DNA of 64,000 nt, from assembly GCA_028534125.1 (NCBI GenBank), contig CM052821.1, forward strand, positions 55,242,001 through 55,306,000. Direction: 5' to 3'. The translations under genes and the position numbers were made by a program. The stretch's first letter is position 1, and each line of letters opens with the position of its first letter. This stretch comes from Lama glama (taxonomy: Eukaryota). Positions 12,650 through 27,769 of this stretch are shown piece by piece. Under the pieces are notes generated by a model, which ran no database searches, was not told where the DNA came from, and saw only the letters and a program-made list of their open reading frames with translations.

Positions 12650-15600
12650 TGGAAATGCATTAAAGCTATATGTTAATGTTGAAGATTGTCTTGATTTTCA
12701 AACATGCATAGCTATTTTTAGTACTAACCAGTATGCACAATTTATCTTAGCCAAACTTTAATTCTTTCTACAAAGTGATTCAGACTTCACTGTGAATTAA
12801 AATTGACTTAAGTGTAAACCCCAGCCCCTCTCCCCAGGTCCAGGGCAGGCCTAGTAATCTGCACTTTCCAGGGCGCCCAGGTGACTGATGCAATGCACCA
12901 CAGACCACAGCGGAGCAGAGGAGGCTGCCCTAGGGATGTGGGGGTGCAGGATGGCGGGGAAGCGCGGGAGCTGGGGGGCTTATCTGAATACCAAGGTGAT
13001 GGCCCCTTGGCTGTGCCCCTGGTGGGGGCAGCAGGGAGCCATGGAAGCTGTGGGCCACTGCAGAGCACACTTCCTGCCGGAGCCATTCTCCCCTGTATTT
13101 GTTAACCAGCTGGCCCGGAAGCCACTAGTCTATAGAGATATTTTATTTATGAGGAAATTTTTCACCGTCTTACTTCAGTAGCCTCACAGCAAACAGAAAA
13201 CCTGCTAACTGGACCAGCTTTGGGGGCTCCCATCCAGTGTTCCCTGCACAAAACCAGGGAACGTCGGTCCCCAGAGGGCTGAGGGAGGAGAGCTGGCTGG
13301 GCTGTGCTTCGAACTTTCTCTGGTTAACGTCGTGAGTGTGAGTCATCACCTGGAATGGTCTGGCACGGGGACTGCTGTGCTATCGAGGGGAGAGAAGTGT
13401 GTGTCACAGATGGCACTGCTGCGCCCGTAGACAGAGCCTGGCGCTTGGAGGCGGGCCGCGTGGCTTTATGAGCTTTCACCTGGAGCTGTCCTGAGTGACC
13501 GAGCCATCAGACTCAGACAGGGCCCCTCGCTCTGGGACGCCTGCTGGCCAGCTGGAGCAGGGCCTACGGGAATCAGCAGTCTGCTCCTCTTCCCGCTTGT
13601 CTGTATCCTGGTGGGCAGTATAGGAATCTAGAATCCACCACAAGGGTCCTCGGATGTCTGGTCTGGCCCTCAATTCACAGGGAAAACCCAAAATCTGGAA
13701 TTAATCCATCCAGCAAATATTTAGGGAAACTACTACGGGCAGGCTGCATTTCTGCCGGGGACACAGTGGAGTGCAAACTCAGACATCACTGTTCTGGTGG
13801 GAGAGGGGGGCTGCCCTGGGCTCTGGGCGGCGCATCCACAGCCAGGGATTGAGCTGGGCCTTTGGCCCTCACCTGCTCCCTGGGCCTCCCATCCAGGGCT
13901 CTCCCCTCCCCCAGGCTCCTCAGGAGCAGCCAAGCTCTCCTCGGGGACAAGGCACACTGTCCATCTGCACGAGTCCCCAGGCAGGACAGCAGTAACCTGA
14001 TCGGAAGTCTCCCGAAGCAGATGGGAGAAGCCCTCCCAAGAGCACGTGCTGGGTAACGCAGTGCCTGCCACCCTCCCCTTCCTGTCTTGGTGTCTGCCTG
14101 GCTGCCCTGCTGCTCACCTGACAAAGCTCCCTTCCTCCCGGCTCCCGGGCTCTACGTCCACCACTGGAAGGGAGACCAAAGTATTCCCGGAGCTCAGGGA
14201 GAGGCCAGCCACTTCCTCTGAACGGCAGGTAAACCACCTCGGCTACCACTAGAGGGCCACCCTCCCGGCTTAAGGCGTCCGACTTCACCTGATTTTCATA
14301 ATGTTTCATTCATTTCCTGGCGCAGACGACTTCACGTTTCACAGCTCTGAGATCCACGTGTCTCACATGGCTGTTAGCAGGCGGCACATGGGATGTCACT
14401 GTCTTTGCCTTCACTGGTCCATCACGGACCTGGATTATACACGGTGATTAAAGACTTGGAGCTGCCAAGGAGCTAAATCACCACACATTTAACTGAAAAG
14501 GAGCAAAAACATGTTGCCACGTGTCATGTTCCAGCCACTTCGGGGTGGGTGGCAGCACTGCCATCACCAAAGCCCTCTGCTGAGCAGGAAATGACTGCCC
14601 CAAGCCTGCACCAAACTACCGCTGGGCAGGGCGGGCTCCTACAGACTGAGCTCCAAACCCAGTGACATCAGCTGGGTCACCTACATTTAGGGGTGACCTG
14701 GGTTCACTCATTTCTTCCGGGACATGCAAGACGCACTCGCTCCCTTTGTCAGATGTTTCCCTGATACCTTTTTCTTCTGAAAAAGTAGTCCAGTTTCTGT
14801 TTCCCCACAGGGGCCTTGTGTCCTTCCCTCCAACCATGGAGCTCACCCCTGCCTGCTCTTGGCACCAGTGGCCCTGACTCTCCAGCTGGCAGTTCCTACT
14901 TCTCTTCTCAGAAACGGGGACTTGGGGCCCTCCTCGGTTCACTCTAGACCCTTAACACCAGGAATCTGTTCTCAAGAAGATGACTTGCCTTAATAACTAT
15001 CCGTGGTTAGACATTTATGTAAGCTGTTACTCTTTTAAGAAACTGTTAATAAACTAACGTGACTTTAATGCCAAGCTTTGGTATGTGTGTTATTGACCTG
15101 ATTTAAAACTACCTGCATTTGCAGGACATTTCCTCCTCTGCTTTTTCCAAACCATGCTTCACACCCTATATGAAATCAATTTATAAGCTGCACCAGCAGT
15201 TTTAAACATGAAAAAGAATGAAATGAAAAATAATGGGTACACAGCACATTGCAACGGTAAGAACTGTTTTGAGAAGCGTTCTTTTTTATACTTATAGGTA
15301 AGTGGTACTCTGGGCCACCCTGTAAAATGTGACACTCTGGGTTGAGGCTGAAATAGTTGAGAGTCACTGATTTAAAGAATGCTTGTATTTTGCACGTAGG
15401 GACTGTAGCCTCTGGTGTCAAACCAAATCTCAGGGTCCTCCGAGCCCGTGGCGCTCTTGGTCTGAGCTGTGTCATCATGGCTTTGGCCAGCCACACTGAC
15501 CGCCACCTCCTCACTCTCCCAGCCTCTCGCCCAGTCACTGGACCTCCAGCCAGCTCTGCTCTGCGGAGATCTCCTGTCTGCCCTCTTCCCTTCTCACACC

Positions 15601-15999
15601 CTTCTGTTAGGCCCAGCAAACGTTTCCAGGTTCTATCATCCAAAAATATGACATCGGTCATTTGCCAGGCTCCCCCACCCTCTCCATTCACTCAGGAACA
15701 GCCACATCTCCAGGGGGATGGCCCCACTGTGCCTCACCGTTGGAGGAGGCCACTTCCTTCTCTGGGAACAGCTCACGAGATAGTCATCAAGTCCTCCAGT
15801 CCCCTTCTCATCCGCCACATCCATTCCACCAGCAAGGGCTATAGATTTTATCTCCAAACACTCATCTTTCTGACGCCACCATCACCTTCCCAGACAGCTG
15901 GTGCCCTGGCCTCCTCACAGCTCCTGTCCAGCGCACAACCACGAAATCTTTCTGCGAACTTAAATGAGATCACCACACCCCCACGCCCACCCCCCCGCC

Positions 16000-17050
<1,051 letters not shown>

Positions 17051-17299
17051 CTGCTTGTTAAATAACGATTGTGCTTTCCGTTCATTGGATGACAAACTTG
17101 CGCAGAAGCGCTGGCCTTTCTTCAGCCGTCTAAAGAGTGCCCAGGGTCGGGAGCAGAGATGAACGAACGGCCCGTCTGAATTCCCCGTCTGTGTGGCCCT
17201 TTCTCATTGTGGGGCCTCATACACCTGATGACATGTGTGGACTCTCTGCTGTGAGCCACCTTTCGTGCTAGGCACTTGGAATGCAGAGTGAATGCAAGG

Positions 17300-17455
17300 T
17301 TCCTGACCTGGGATAAGCTGATTAAGCTCTCCCTCTCTGTAAAATGAAGAAACACCTACCTCACAGGCTTACTGAAAGGATTAAATGGCATAATACACAC
17401 GAAGTGTTTACTGAGTGCCCAGCACGAATTAGGCACTCAGAAAACAGTAGTGGTT
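17300..17455 (+). mobile_element. MIR fragment
   Basis: ctctgtaaaatg...cctacctcacagg...aggattaaatg...aggcactcag core. Confidence 0.75.
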
Positions 17456-19335
17456 ATTAGTTCATATTAATCATAACTATTATGGAAGGTATACTAAAGT
17501 GTTAAATAGAAGTCTAGACAGACTAAGAATATACATTGCAAGAAAGGGGGAATCAAAGCATCACAGAGGTGGTGGTGTTTGAGCTGATTTTATTGTCGCG
17601 CCCCGTTCATGTCTGATGTGAACAAACCCAAAGTTCCAGTTTGGAGCAGAGAAAGGTTTGTGAGTTGAGGCGCCAGCGCGGAAGATGGGAGGCCTAGACT
17701 CATCTCAAGTCCTCGGTTACAAGGCTCTAAGGAAGCGTAGGATTTCACTGAGCAAACATATGGAGCCATGAAGTAAGGAGGAAAGCACTTCTGGCAGAGC
17801 CAGCAGCAGGAGCAAAAGCTCAGAGGCATGAAAGTGCTGGCGTGATGGGGCGGAGAAGCAGGCTGAGCTCTGGTTATAGAACATGTTCTGTCAGGGACTC
17901 GAGACTGTTAGGTCCTCGGAGGGTTCTAATAAGGGCTGCAACATGTTCCGGGAGATGTGGCAGGCTGGCCGTGGGGAGATGCGATGTATTTTACCACTTC
18001 AGGAAGGTAAGCCCTCCCTCCTTCCTAGAATCCACGCTGTACAACTTGATGTTCCAGCCTTCCTTGGGTTTTTCCTCCTCCATCGGGGAAGCTGGTGGAC
18101 ATAGCAGAGAAAAAGCGTGGGCCACACCTCTTGGCATTGAGGGCTTCCCCAGTCTTGTTGGAGATGTGTGTTCTGTTGCGCAGATCCTGGAAAGTTAAGG
18201 ACGAGCGAGGTGCTGAGGTCCCATCCTGGAGTGCCTGGGCCTGGGCCGTGAAAGTGGGTCACGTCTCCAGGAGAAAGACAGTCAGGCAGTGAGTCTGTAG
18301 GAGAGGCGATTTTTAAAGCTCTGGGTGTGGAGTTATTTATTCGTTCTGTTTAAGCTCGTGCTGTGCTGGGAACTGCGGGGCACTGGGGACACCTGGTTGT
18401 TTGAGACACAGTGCCTGCAGATTGAGGAGCTCTGTGCCTTAGTGAGTTGCAGTGGCCACAGGTAAACTACTAGAGTCCAGAGTGCTGTACGCGGTAAGAG
18501 ACACAGAGTCAGGTGGTTTGGGAAACAGAGAAGGAAGGGCCTGTTACCTGCTGGGATGGGAGGTGGTCTTGCTAATGTGGCATTTTAGCTTTGGTAAAGC
18601 TTTGTCATTGAATCTCTGTTCTATGGAGTACTGAATTGAACCTCTTACAGTCAAATGCCCTGTCTTTCCTTACACTGAGCCTGCCCAGAAGGAACAGATT
18701 TCTCATACATCATAGGCGCCTGTGTCATTCTAAAGTTGATCTTCCCAGTATTTGGTAGGGTACTTTGTCAGCAACAGAAAAGGGGAAAAAAAAGTTCTCA
18801 AAAGGTAGAGATAGTGCAGTCTTTGTAATAAAATATCCCCAATTTTATTTGTCTTTATGTCTAACAACTTGGAATCTCATTCTTAGATGAAAATTGGAAA
18901 TAACTTTTGAAATGACTTTTACTTCTCTGGTAACTGAATGGTGGTTTTTAGTTGCTTTGAAACATTTTGTTGAATTTCTTCTTTCATTCAATCAGCACAC
19001 ATTTGCTCATCTTCTTTGTGTGCCAGGCATTGTGTTGACACAGTGCGGGGACACGAAGAAGGAAAAATAACATCGTGCTCGTATCTTGGGGATACAGGCA
19101 GACAGTTCAGCGCAATACTGTATTGTGCTGGTGGAGGCCTGTACAGAGTGCAGTGGGAGGCGGGGGAGGGAGCTTTAGCCAGGAGAGTCAGGGGTGGTCT
19201 GTACTGCGATGTGACCAGAGCGCCGAAGGACCCGTGGCAGAGGGGGACTGCCAGGCACACCAGTGCACAGAGGCACGCGAAAGGTCGGAAGTTGCTGCCT
19301 TTTCCCCCCAGGGTGAGGTTACATCCTCTCTTTAA

Positions 19336-19605
<270 letters not shown>

Positions 19606-20489
19606 TGACAGCATGCAGCCAGTGCTTTGTGTTTTGGCAGTGGTGCCAAAGACCGTGTGTGGGAGGCCTTAGCCGCCCTGGGGGCCCTGTGTTAGATGCC
19701 TGGATCCCAGAGCGCCCCCAGCCCGTACTCCTGCTACTGTGCCCCCAGCCAGAAGTCTCTTTAATGTCTTTGGAACCTTGAGATGTTTCTGCTGCTAAAT
19801 TAGTGTAGGGGACCTGAGGCTGAGGCCTCCCCTGGGAGGTGCCACGGGGTGAGTATCCTTGCAGGCATCCATGTGGGTCAGCGATTCAGGGTTTCTGAGA
19901 AAAAGAGTTAGGTGACCCACTCCCCTGTGCCTTTTGAAAACAAGAAACAAGCAGACAAAAAACTAAAAATTCAGTATAACCCCGACAGTTGTTATCAAGG
20001 GCTCACCCTGCACCAGGCACCGGTAAACTCGGGAACGGAAAGGTGTGCAAGCCGCAGTCCTGTTCTGTGCGGATTTGCAGTCCAGCCGGGCAGAGGACTG
20101 GACTGTCAGAAGAGGTAAAGATGGTGGTGAGTGGCACACAGGAAGCACCCGAGGTTCTGTTAAAATGCTGCAGGTTCAGAGGAGGGAGAAATGTGTCGTG
20201 TGGAGTGGTCAGGAAGGCGTCGTGGAAGAGGTGAGATTTGACCTGCCCTTGAAAATAATGAGACTAGAGAGGACATTCTGAGTGGGACGGCAGGAGCAGT
20301 GCTGAGAGGAGGAGAGGGCCCTCATCTATTTCAGGACTGCTGAAAAATTTGGCCAGACCCTTGTTGCTGCAGAGGAAGGGTGCTTGGGGCTGGAGTCTTG
20401 TGAGCCTTGACAGGGCCGTGAGCCTGGGGTGGCCGGTGAAGACATCCGAAGGCAGCAGTGACAGGCAGGGGTGGGTTATACTTTAGTGT

Positions 20490-20690
20490 CAGAACATCCT
20501 TGGGTTCTCTCCTGATTCTGCCACTTACTGTGTGATCTTGGGCAATTTACTTGACTTCTCTAAGCCTCCTTTTCTTATCCTTTAAATGGGGATAATGGCT
20601 CACAGAGGCATAGTAAGAATCAAATAAGATTGTGTAGAGAGTGCTTAGCACAGTGCCTGGTATATTAGAAGCAATAAGTGTAGCGTGTGT
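20490..20690 (+). mobile_element. MIR
   Basis: tctgccacttactgtgtgatcttgggcaatttacttgacttctctaagcctc...aaatggggataat...gcttagcacagtgcctgg. Confidence 0.85.
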
Positions 20691-20879
20691 TATTTTCATT
20701 ATTAAAAGAATAAATCTGGCAAACAAGTGTAGGGTAAATTATGGGAGGAGACTGCGGGCAGAGAATCTCAGGAAATGCTGGGGACTTGGAATAACGTGGG
20801 AGCGTGGAGGGGAGGTGAAGGCTGGCTGTGACAGGTCCCTGCGGACAGATCCTCTGGGCGGTGGATGTCAGGCTAAGGA

Positions 20880-21005
20880 ATCAGCTGGGGTGCTTGTTAA
20901 ACACACGTCTGGACCTGGGTCTGGGATGGGGCCCTGGAATCTGCACTTTAACAGGCGCTTCAGTTGATTCTGTGGAGGGGGTCCTCCAGGTCTTTGGGAA
21001 GCAGT
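20880..21005. mobile_element. MER5A-like hAT remnant
   Basis: ggtgcttgttaaa...ggggccctggaatctgcactttaacaggc...gattctg. Confidence 0.6.
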
Positions 21006-21154
21006 GTGATGGGCTTGGTGCCTGTTGAGCGTGGGGGCAAGAGAAAGTGAGGAAGAGTCAGTGATGGCTTCATGATCAAGGCCGGATGGGTGGAGAAAGC
21101 AGGTTTGGGGGATTCCTTTGAGCACTGCAGGGATTGAGGCCATAGCAAGAAATT

Positions 21155-21430
21155 TAGGTACTCGTCCCCCTTGTCCCCTTGGTCCCCAGGGATGCCCGAA
21201 ACCACAGACAGAACCGAACCCTGTGTACACGATGTTCCCTGTCCATACACACCCTGATAATGTTTGATTTACAAGGTGGGCACAGGAAGAGACTATCCGA
21301 GTTGCCAGTGTCACCACTTTTGTGCTTTGGGGACATTATTAAGTAAAATAAAGATCACTTGAGCACAAGCACTGCGATCCTTGACAGTCGAGCTGATCAC
21401 CGGGACGGCTACCAAATGACTCGATGGGAA
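21155..21430. mobile_element. MER44/Tigger7-family fragment
   Basis: Shares blocks with 61022-61848, e.g. cacaagcactgcgat and gatgcc(c/t)ga(a/g)acc. Confidence 0.7.
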
Positions 21431-22246
21431 CTACTTACGTAGTTTACGGCTTGGTGAACCTCTTGACAACTTTGCAACAATTAGAATAAAAAGGAGGAGC
21501 GAGTGTAGTAGCATCAAATGTTGAAAATACGGAGCAGCGCGAGTCTCTGCAGTCCCGGGAGGAATGGCAGGCGGTGGGCGCGCGGTCTGGCCTTGCCTGC
21601 CGGAGCTGAAAATGCGTGTGTGGTCTCCGAGCCCGTGCAGGTTGTTCATCTGTCTTCGTGACATGGCTGTCTTGATCAGCGTTTTTTTTTTTAAACCATT
21701 GCTGATCAGTGGAGAGCTTCAGGTTAAATGAAAAAATGGTCACAGACACCAGAAATACACCCAATTTAAAACTCCTGAAATGCGCATCACAGTCCTCTGG
21801 AAGTGAATACTCCTAAGACCGGGAAATTCTTGCTCCTCCTCCCACGTCCAGTCTGTTAGAGCAGAAACCCACTTACGAGGATGCCGGATCCACTGCTCAG
21901 CGCCAGGAGGTTGCTAGTCCTCAGACGTATGTGTTGGTCACATTAGAAAAGGTATTTTTTTAGTGTATTTGCCCAGCGACCTGGGTTCCCACGCTGAGAT
22001 GGCGAAGTGGCTGGCTGAGCCCCGAGCTGTAACTCTGGGTTGTTTTATTCCTACTCTGACTCCGGCTGAGTCTCTTCCGCACCTAAGCCTGCCTGTGATC
22101 GAGAGGCCCAAGGGAGCCGGAGCTCAGCGAGCCCCTCACATCCCTCCCCGCGTATCCTGGGAACCCCCGGGGAGCCAGGGCGCCTCAGTTTTCCTTCTGG
22201 CTTATTAGTCGTCAGAGGTTTAGATGGAAAGCACAGCTGGCTTTAA

Positions 22247-22525
<279 letters not shown>

Positions 22526-24247
22526 TAATTTGGATCATCTTCATTTGTCTTTTTAAAAACCAGCAGATTTTTCAGAGAAAGCCAGAAGTCAAAACCTTGT
22601 AAATAGTTTCCTCTTTCAGAAGGAAAGGAAGCAGTGAAAATGGTCACATTTCACTGAATAAGGAAGAGCTCTCTGGCCGTGCACAAGTGATAAGTTCCCG
22701 GGGTGGGGCTGGGGGCTGCCTCTCTGTCATGGTCCGCGCAGCTGTAAGGGCAGGAGAGCCCCCTTCAGAAAACCCCGAGGTAAGACGTGTGGGATCACGG
22801 CTGAAGAGTTGAAAGGTGGGGCCACTAGACCCTGCCTGCAGGTTCAGCTTTGCTCAGGGTCGCTCTGCTTCCAGAAGTGATTGTACAGAGCAGAAGTTTC
22901 AGGAGCCTGGTTAGGGCTTAAGAAACTCAGCATCGACTTTCTTGTTAGTCATCCTTTTGGCTAGTCCTACCGACCTCTCTTGTATTAAAAGTAGGTTTCT
23001 GCTTTGTCCGGAGGACAGGTCTGGGTCTGTAGCTGAGTCTGGATCCTGGGTCTCTATTTGGTTTCTCTGCTTTGAGCCGTGTCTCAGTGGTCTGTTCTAA
23101 AAGCCTGTTTATGCTCAGGGCCCTGCTGCCACTGACCGGCTGCCTGTGGATCACATCTGTTCCCAGATTCCTGCTTTCCATTTCCATCTGCCTAGTGGGA
23201 CAGCCCGTTCCTTTATGCTGACCCTCCTGGTGCTGACCTGCTTGCTTAGGCTCCTCTTAGTGTCTGTGGCTGTGCTCTTGTGAATTCAGGTTCTTTTTCT
23301 TGTCCCCTGCTGCTGGGATCACCGTGATAAGTTTCTGAAGTTCTGGATCCTGGCCGTTGCTACTCACCCTGCCGTGCCTGGCCGCTTGCCCAGACACACT
23401 GTGTGCCCGGAATCCAGTGTGTTGCAGGACTGTTGGCCGCTCTGTCCTGTCAGCACTTCATCATGACCTAAAAGGGGACAGAGTAAGCCTGCCAGTCGAT
23501 GTAAGGTGACCTGCAGCGGAGACAATGATGATGAAAAGTTGGCTCATGGAGTTAGGTAGTGAAGATGCCTGCAAGAGTAGCGAGCTGAAGTCTCAACAAG
23601 GTGGAATGTGGCTGACCCCAAAACCATGAGATCGAGGGAGCTGAATGCAGAGTTTGCTCCCTAGGTTCAGGATCTATTCCCCTGGTCCAGGGCTGGGAGT
23701 ACCTGGGATCTGGGACCCCGAGGGCCTCGGGCTGGCTGGGAGCCCACGCAGCCCAAGTTCGCCTGAGGTCAGGACGCCTGAGGGAGGAGGAGGGGTCTGC
23801 TGGGTCCGCACCTGGTAGCCCACCGCTAGTGGCTGCATTAAGTTCCATTTTCGTGGGAAAAAGAGTGAGACTCATGGAGTGTGTGTTGATTTTGATTTTG
23901 AGACTGTGGGAAACGTGCCATCTGACGATGTTCAGGGCCATCATAGCAGGCTCAACGTGTGACCCGGAGGGCAGAGCCGGGACGCGCAGGAGACAGGCCT
24001 CACCCAGGGGAGGCACGGATGGCGCTTCAGAGGGGAACGGTGCTCGCTGCACAGAGGGCGAAGCTCTCCGTCACCTTAGCTTTTCAGGGAGCCCTGAAGT
24101 GGTCATCCTGTGGGGACACTTTGGAAGAATTTCTGCAGTAAATGTTTCTGAGTCTGAATTTACCACATGAACAGTGTGACACAGAATCAAGATGCATGAA
24201 ACCCAGATGTCTAGAATCGCGGGGCTTCTCACAAGGAACCCTACATT

Positions 24248-24370
24248 AAAAAGAAAAAAAACGGGGTGTGGGTAGTAATTAGGTTTATTTAATGGCGGTA
24301 CTGGGGATTGAACCCAGGACCTCGTGCATGCTAAGCACACACTCTGCCACTGAGCTATCCCTACCCCTCT
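24248..24370 (-). mobile_element. tRNA-Ala(AGC)-derived SINE, camelid (Vic-1-like) type
   Basis: Minus strand TAGCTCAGTGGCAGAG...CTTAGCATGCACGAGGTCCTGGGTTCAATCCCCAGTACC then AAATAAACCTAATTAC; flanking direct repeats gaaccctacatt (24236-24247) and gaagcctacatt (24371-24382). Confidence 0.88.
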
Positions 24371-25411
24371 GAAGCCTACATTTCTTGCAGTATAAGTGGT
24401 GGTTCTTTAAGGAAATAGATTTAAAGTGTTTCTTCCTCTATTAGAAAATCAGGCAAGATATAATAATGTGGCCCTAAAGGTGCTTTGTCAGGCAGTTAGT
24501 GTGCACCAGTGAATTCATCCTGGGTCCTTTGTTTTACACTGAGCTGCTTTGGTTGGTTAAGTCTTGAATCAGTTTTGCTGCCCCTTCCAGGAAAACGTCT
24601 CTTGCAAGACTGAGTGTCTGGAAATTTCACTTTCACACAGTGAAACGATTACAGGCTAATATGTGCCTTGGTAGTTTCTTTCATCTCTCTGCATAGTGTG
24701 AAAAGAAGAAATTGAATATGCTGGAAGGTCCTTCACTGTAATAACAATAATACCAATTTACTGAAGAAAATTTAAAACTACAGAAGAGTAAACAGCAGAA
24801 AAGTGTCATCTGCAGTTCCACCTCCCAGAATCAAAGGAGTAGACTTACTGATACTTGTCTTCATTTTTTTTCTGTACGTTACCAAAAAAATGGGGTCATT
24901 TACTTTTTTCCCAGCTGAGCAATATCATAAGCGTATTCCCATGCCATCAACAGTTCTTTGTAAGTGGCACTGTTGTAATGACGGTGGCGCTTTAATTTAC
25001 TTCATATTTTCCTGGTGGTGAATGTTTTTGTGTTTTCAGTTTTTCCTTAGTATAAGAAACAGTGAAATGAGCTCTTTGTACTTAGATCTTTGTGTGCATA
25101 TCTGACTTTCCTTAAGCTAGAATAAATGAGTAGATAGATACTAGCTTTTGAAAGGCTCTTAAAGATGCAGTAAAACCTTGTAGCAAGATTACATCAGCTT
25201 AAAGACTGAAAGGCACTTGCGCAACAGGCATTACGGGGCGCCTCTGTTCCTGGGGACCTGGGCGTTAGCCGAGAGCCGGGCAGGGCATCTGTGCAGGCCA
25301 TCTGGTGTAAGACATGGTGTCTGTCCCTCCTTTGAGCGCTCGGCTCGTACCAGCCAAGGCCAGCGGGTGCCAGTCTCAAGTCCGATCCTGGTGTTCTTAC
25401 AAACCTCGCAG

Positions 25412-25534
25412 GAGCAGATGCGGTCGCTACAGGTCACTATGCACGAACTTCCCTGGAAGATGAAGAGGTTTTCCAGCAGAAGCACATTAAGAGGCCAGAA
25501 GGGCTTTTCAGAAATCGATTTGAAATTAGAAATG
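25412..25534 (+). CDS. TRMU: TRMU exon 4, [13 protein letters not shown]...FEIRN
   Basis: tcgcag acceptor, G|gtaagt donor, 123 nt. Confidence 0.96.
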
Positions 25535-26464
25535 GTAAGTAAAAGCGCCTGGGTCAGAGCTTAATTATCCATGAACAGCGTGGGCTCTTTTGAAGGATGG
25601 CAGTGGGCTGTGTGAGCCTAGACTCCTCTCTGTGAGTCCCAGACTAGCTTGCTGGTTTTGGTTTCCTCTTCGGAGAAGGACAGTTAGTGGAAGGGTCATT
25701 TCCCCCGAGGGTTCTGATTGGTAACAGGAGGAGACCCAGCCGGTGCCTGGGGAAGGGCTGGTGGGGACTGAAGCCAGAGCTCGCGGCCCGTCTAGATGCC
25801 GTGCACGGGTAACGCAGAGGCTTCCGCGGTGTTTGAGAGAATGTGTGTCAGTCGTAACAGGAGTGGCAGGCACTCGGGCGTCTGACCGCGTTGGCACGGG
25901 CTTTGTTCTGGGTAGTTGTTCTGACGATACTGCAATGTCTTTGTTCTCTGGGTGTGTTCTAGGCATCTGGAAGTTTTATTTTCCTTACTCAGTTGCCCCG
26001 GTGACCTGGAGTAGGGCCTCCTGGCCTGGGTCCTTGGGGAGAGTGCACATGGGCAGCAGAGCCAGCCCCGGGTTGGCCGGCCCTGAAGCCCTGGGCCAGT
26101 GTCCTCGCCTGTCCAAGTGGCAGGTGGCACCCTGGCTGGCCCGGAGGTGTGAAGGTTTGGCATCAGGCTCCTGGCACAGGCCGATCTCCCCAGTGGGCAG
26201 TCCTGTCCGTGGTCTAGGGTGGCCTGATTGCCTTGATAAAAATCATAGATTTTGAGTTTGTTTTAAAATAACTCAGAACTTTGAGAAATTGCAAATTGCC
26301 CCCGTATTCTGAGGCTTTTATACACACTTAACACTGTTTGACTGAATTTAGTTTTAAAACAAAAAATAGCATTTTGCAAATGACTCTGCCAACCTGATGA
26401 CTGGTTGACTGAACTTTGTTTTTCTCTTTTCGATTGATTTTTGCTTTGTGCATAAAAAGTGGTG

Positions 26465-26630
26465 AAGTCAGTTTCCAGCTCTGCCGTTGCCTTTGCCTGC
26501 ATGCACCATTGTGGGCAAGTCACTTTGATGAGCCTCAGTTTCCTCGTCTGTGAAATGGGGATAATTCTATCATAGGGCTTAGCCCAGGATGTGCGACACG
26601 TGGAAAGAACCCGTAACACTAGCACAGTGT
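26465..26630 (+). mobile_element. MIR fragment
   Basis: gggcaagtcactttgatgagcctcagtttcctcgtctgtgaaatggggataat. Confidence 0.8.
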
Positions 26631-27337
26631 CCAGTTTTCTCCGCTGGTCCCTGAACTTCAGAGCAGGGCACCCAGGGTCTGTGGTCGTGAAAGTTGTGTC
26701 ACATGCCAGGCAGGACTGAGCAGGCCCGGAGACAGAGCCGGACCTTCTTTTCTGAACAGCATTCTGTGTTCAGAGTCGGTCACACCTCTGCACCGCTGCC
26801 GGAGAGCCGGTGTGGGTCTTTGCAATGACCTAGGAAGTGAGGGGACCTGCAGGGGGCACCTGACACATGTCCGCTTGGGCTCCACAAAACCCCGCCTTTG
26901 CTGAGAACGGAGGCATTTAGAGGCCAAGTGCTGCTGGGGTGGGGCACAGTCCGTCCCCGCCGGTGGAGCCTGGCAGGTTGAGAGAGTCCTCGAGAACACT
27001 CGGGCCACGGGCACGTCCCGTGGTTGTTAGAAAACAGCGCCGCTTACACTGTTCCGGCCCAGTTTTCTGTAACTTGTCTCATCCACTTTCCCCAACTGTG
27101 GCTGGATTTGTTTTTTTCTTATCACCTTGTAACATTTTTTGTAATCTTTGAAAATACTGCAGTCAGGCGTGTGAGCTGGAATCAATGTCCTCGTTACATG
27201 AGGGCTCCTTCCTGGTTTTCTTTTCAACAGTAGGTAAATTAGGGCTGAGTTTTTCTTACCTTACCCACGGTGGTTCTTTTTTCTGGAAATCTGCTGTTTC
27301 TTGTCGATCTTTGTTTCTGCCAGACCGGGGTGGGTAA

Positions 27338-27769
<432 letters not shown>

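Noticed and set aside
24290-24368. Apparent tRNA-Ala(AGC) gene on the minus strand
   Set aside because: Acceptor stem has about 3 mismatches in 7 pairs, and it carries a SINE tail and target-site duplication, so it is a SINE
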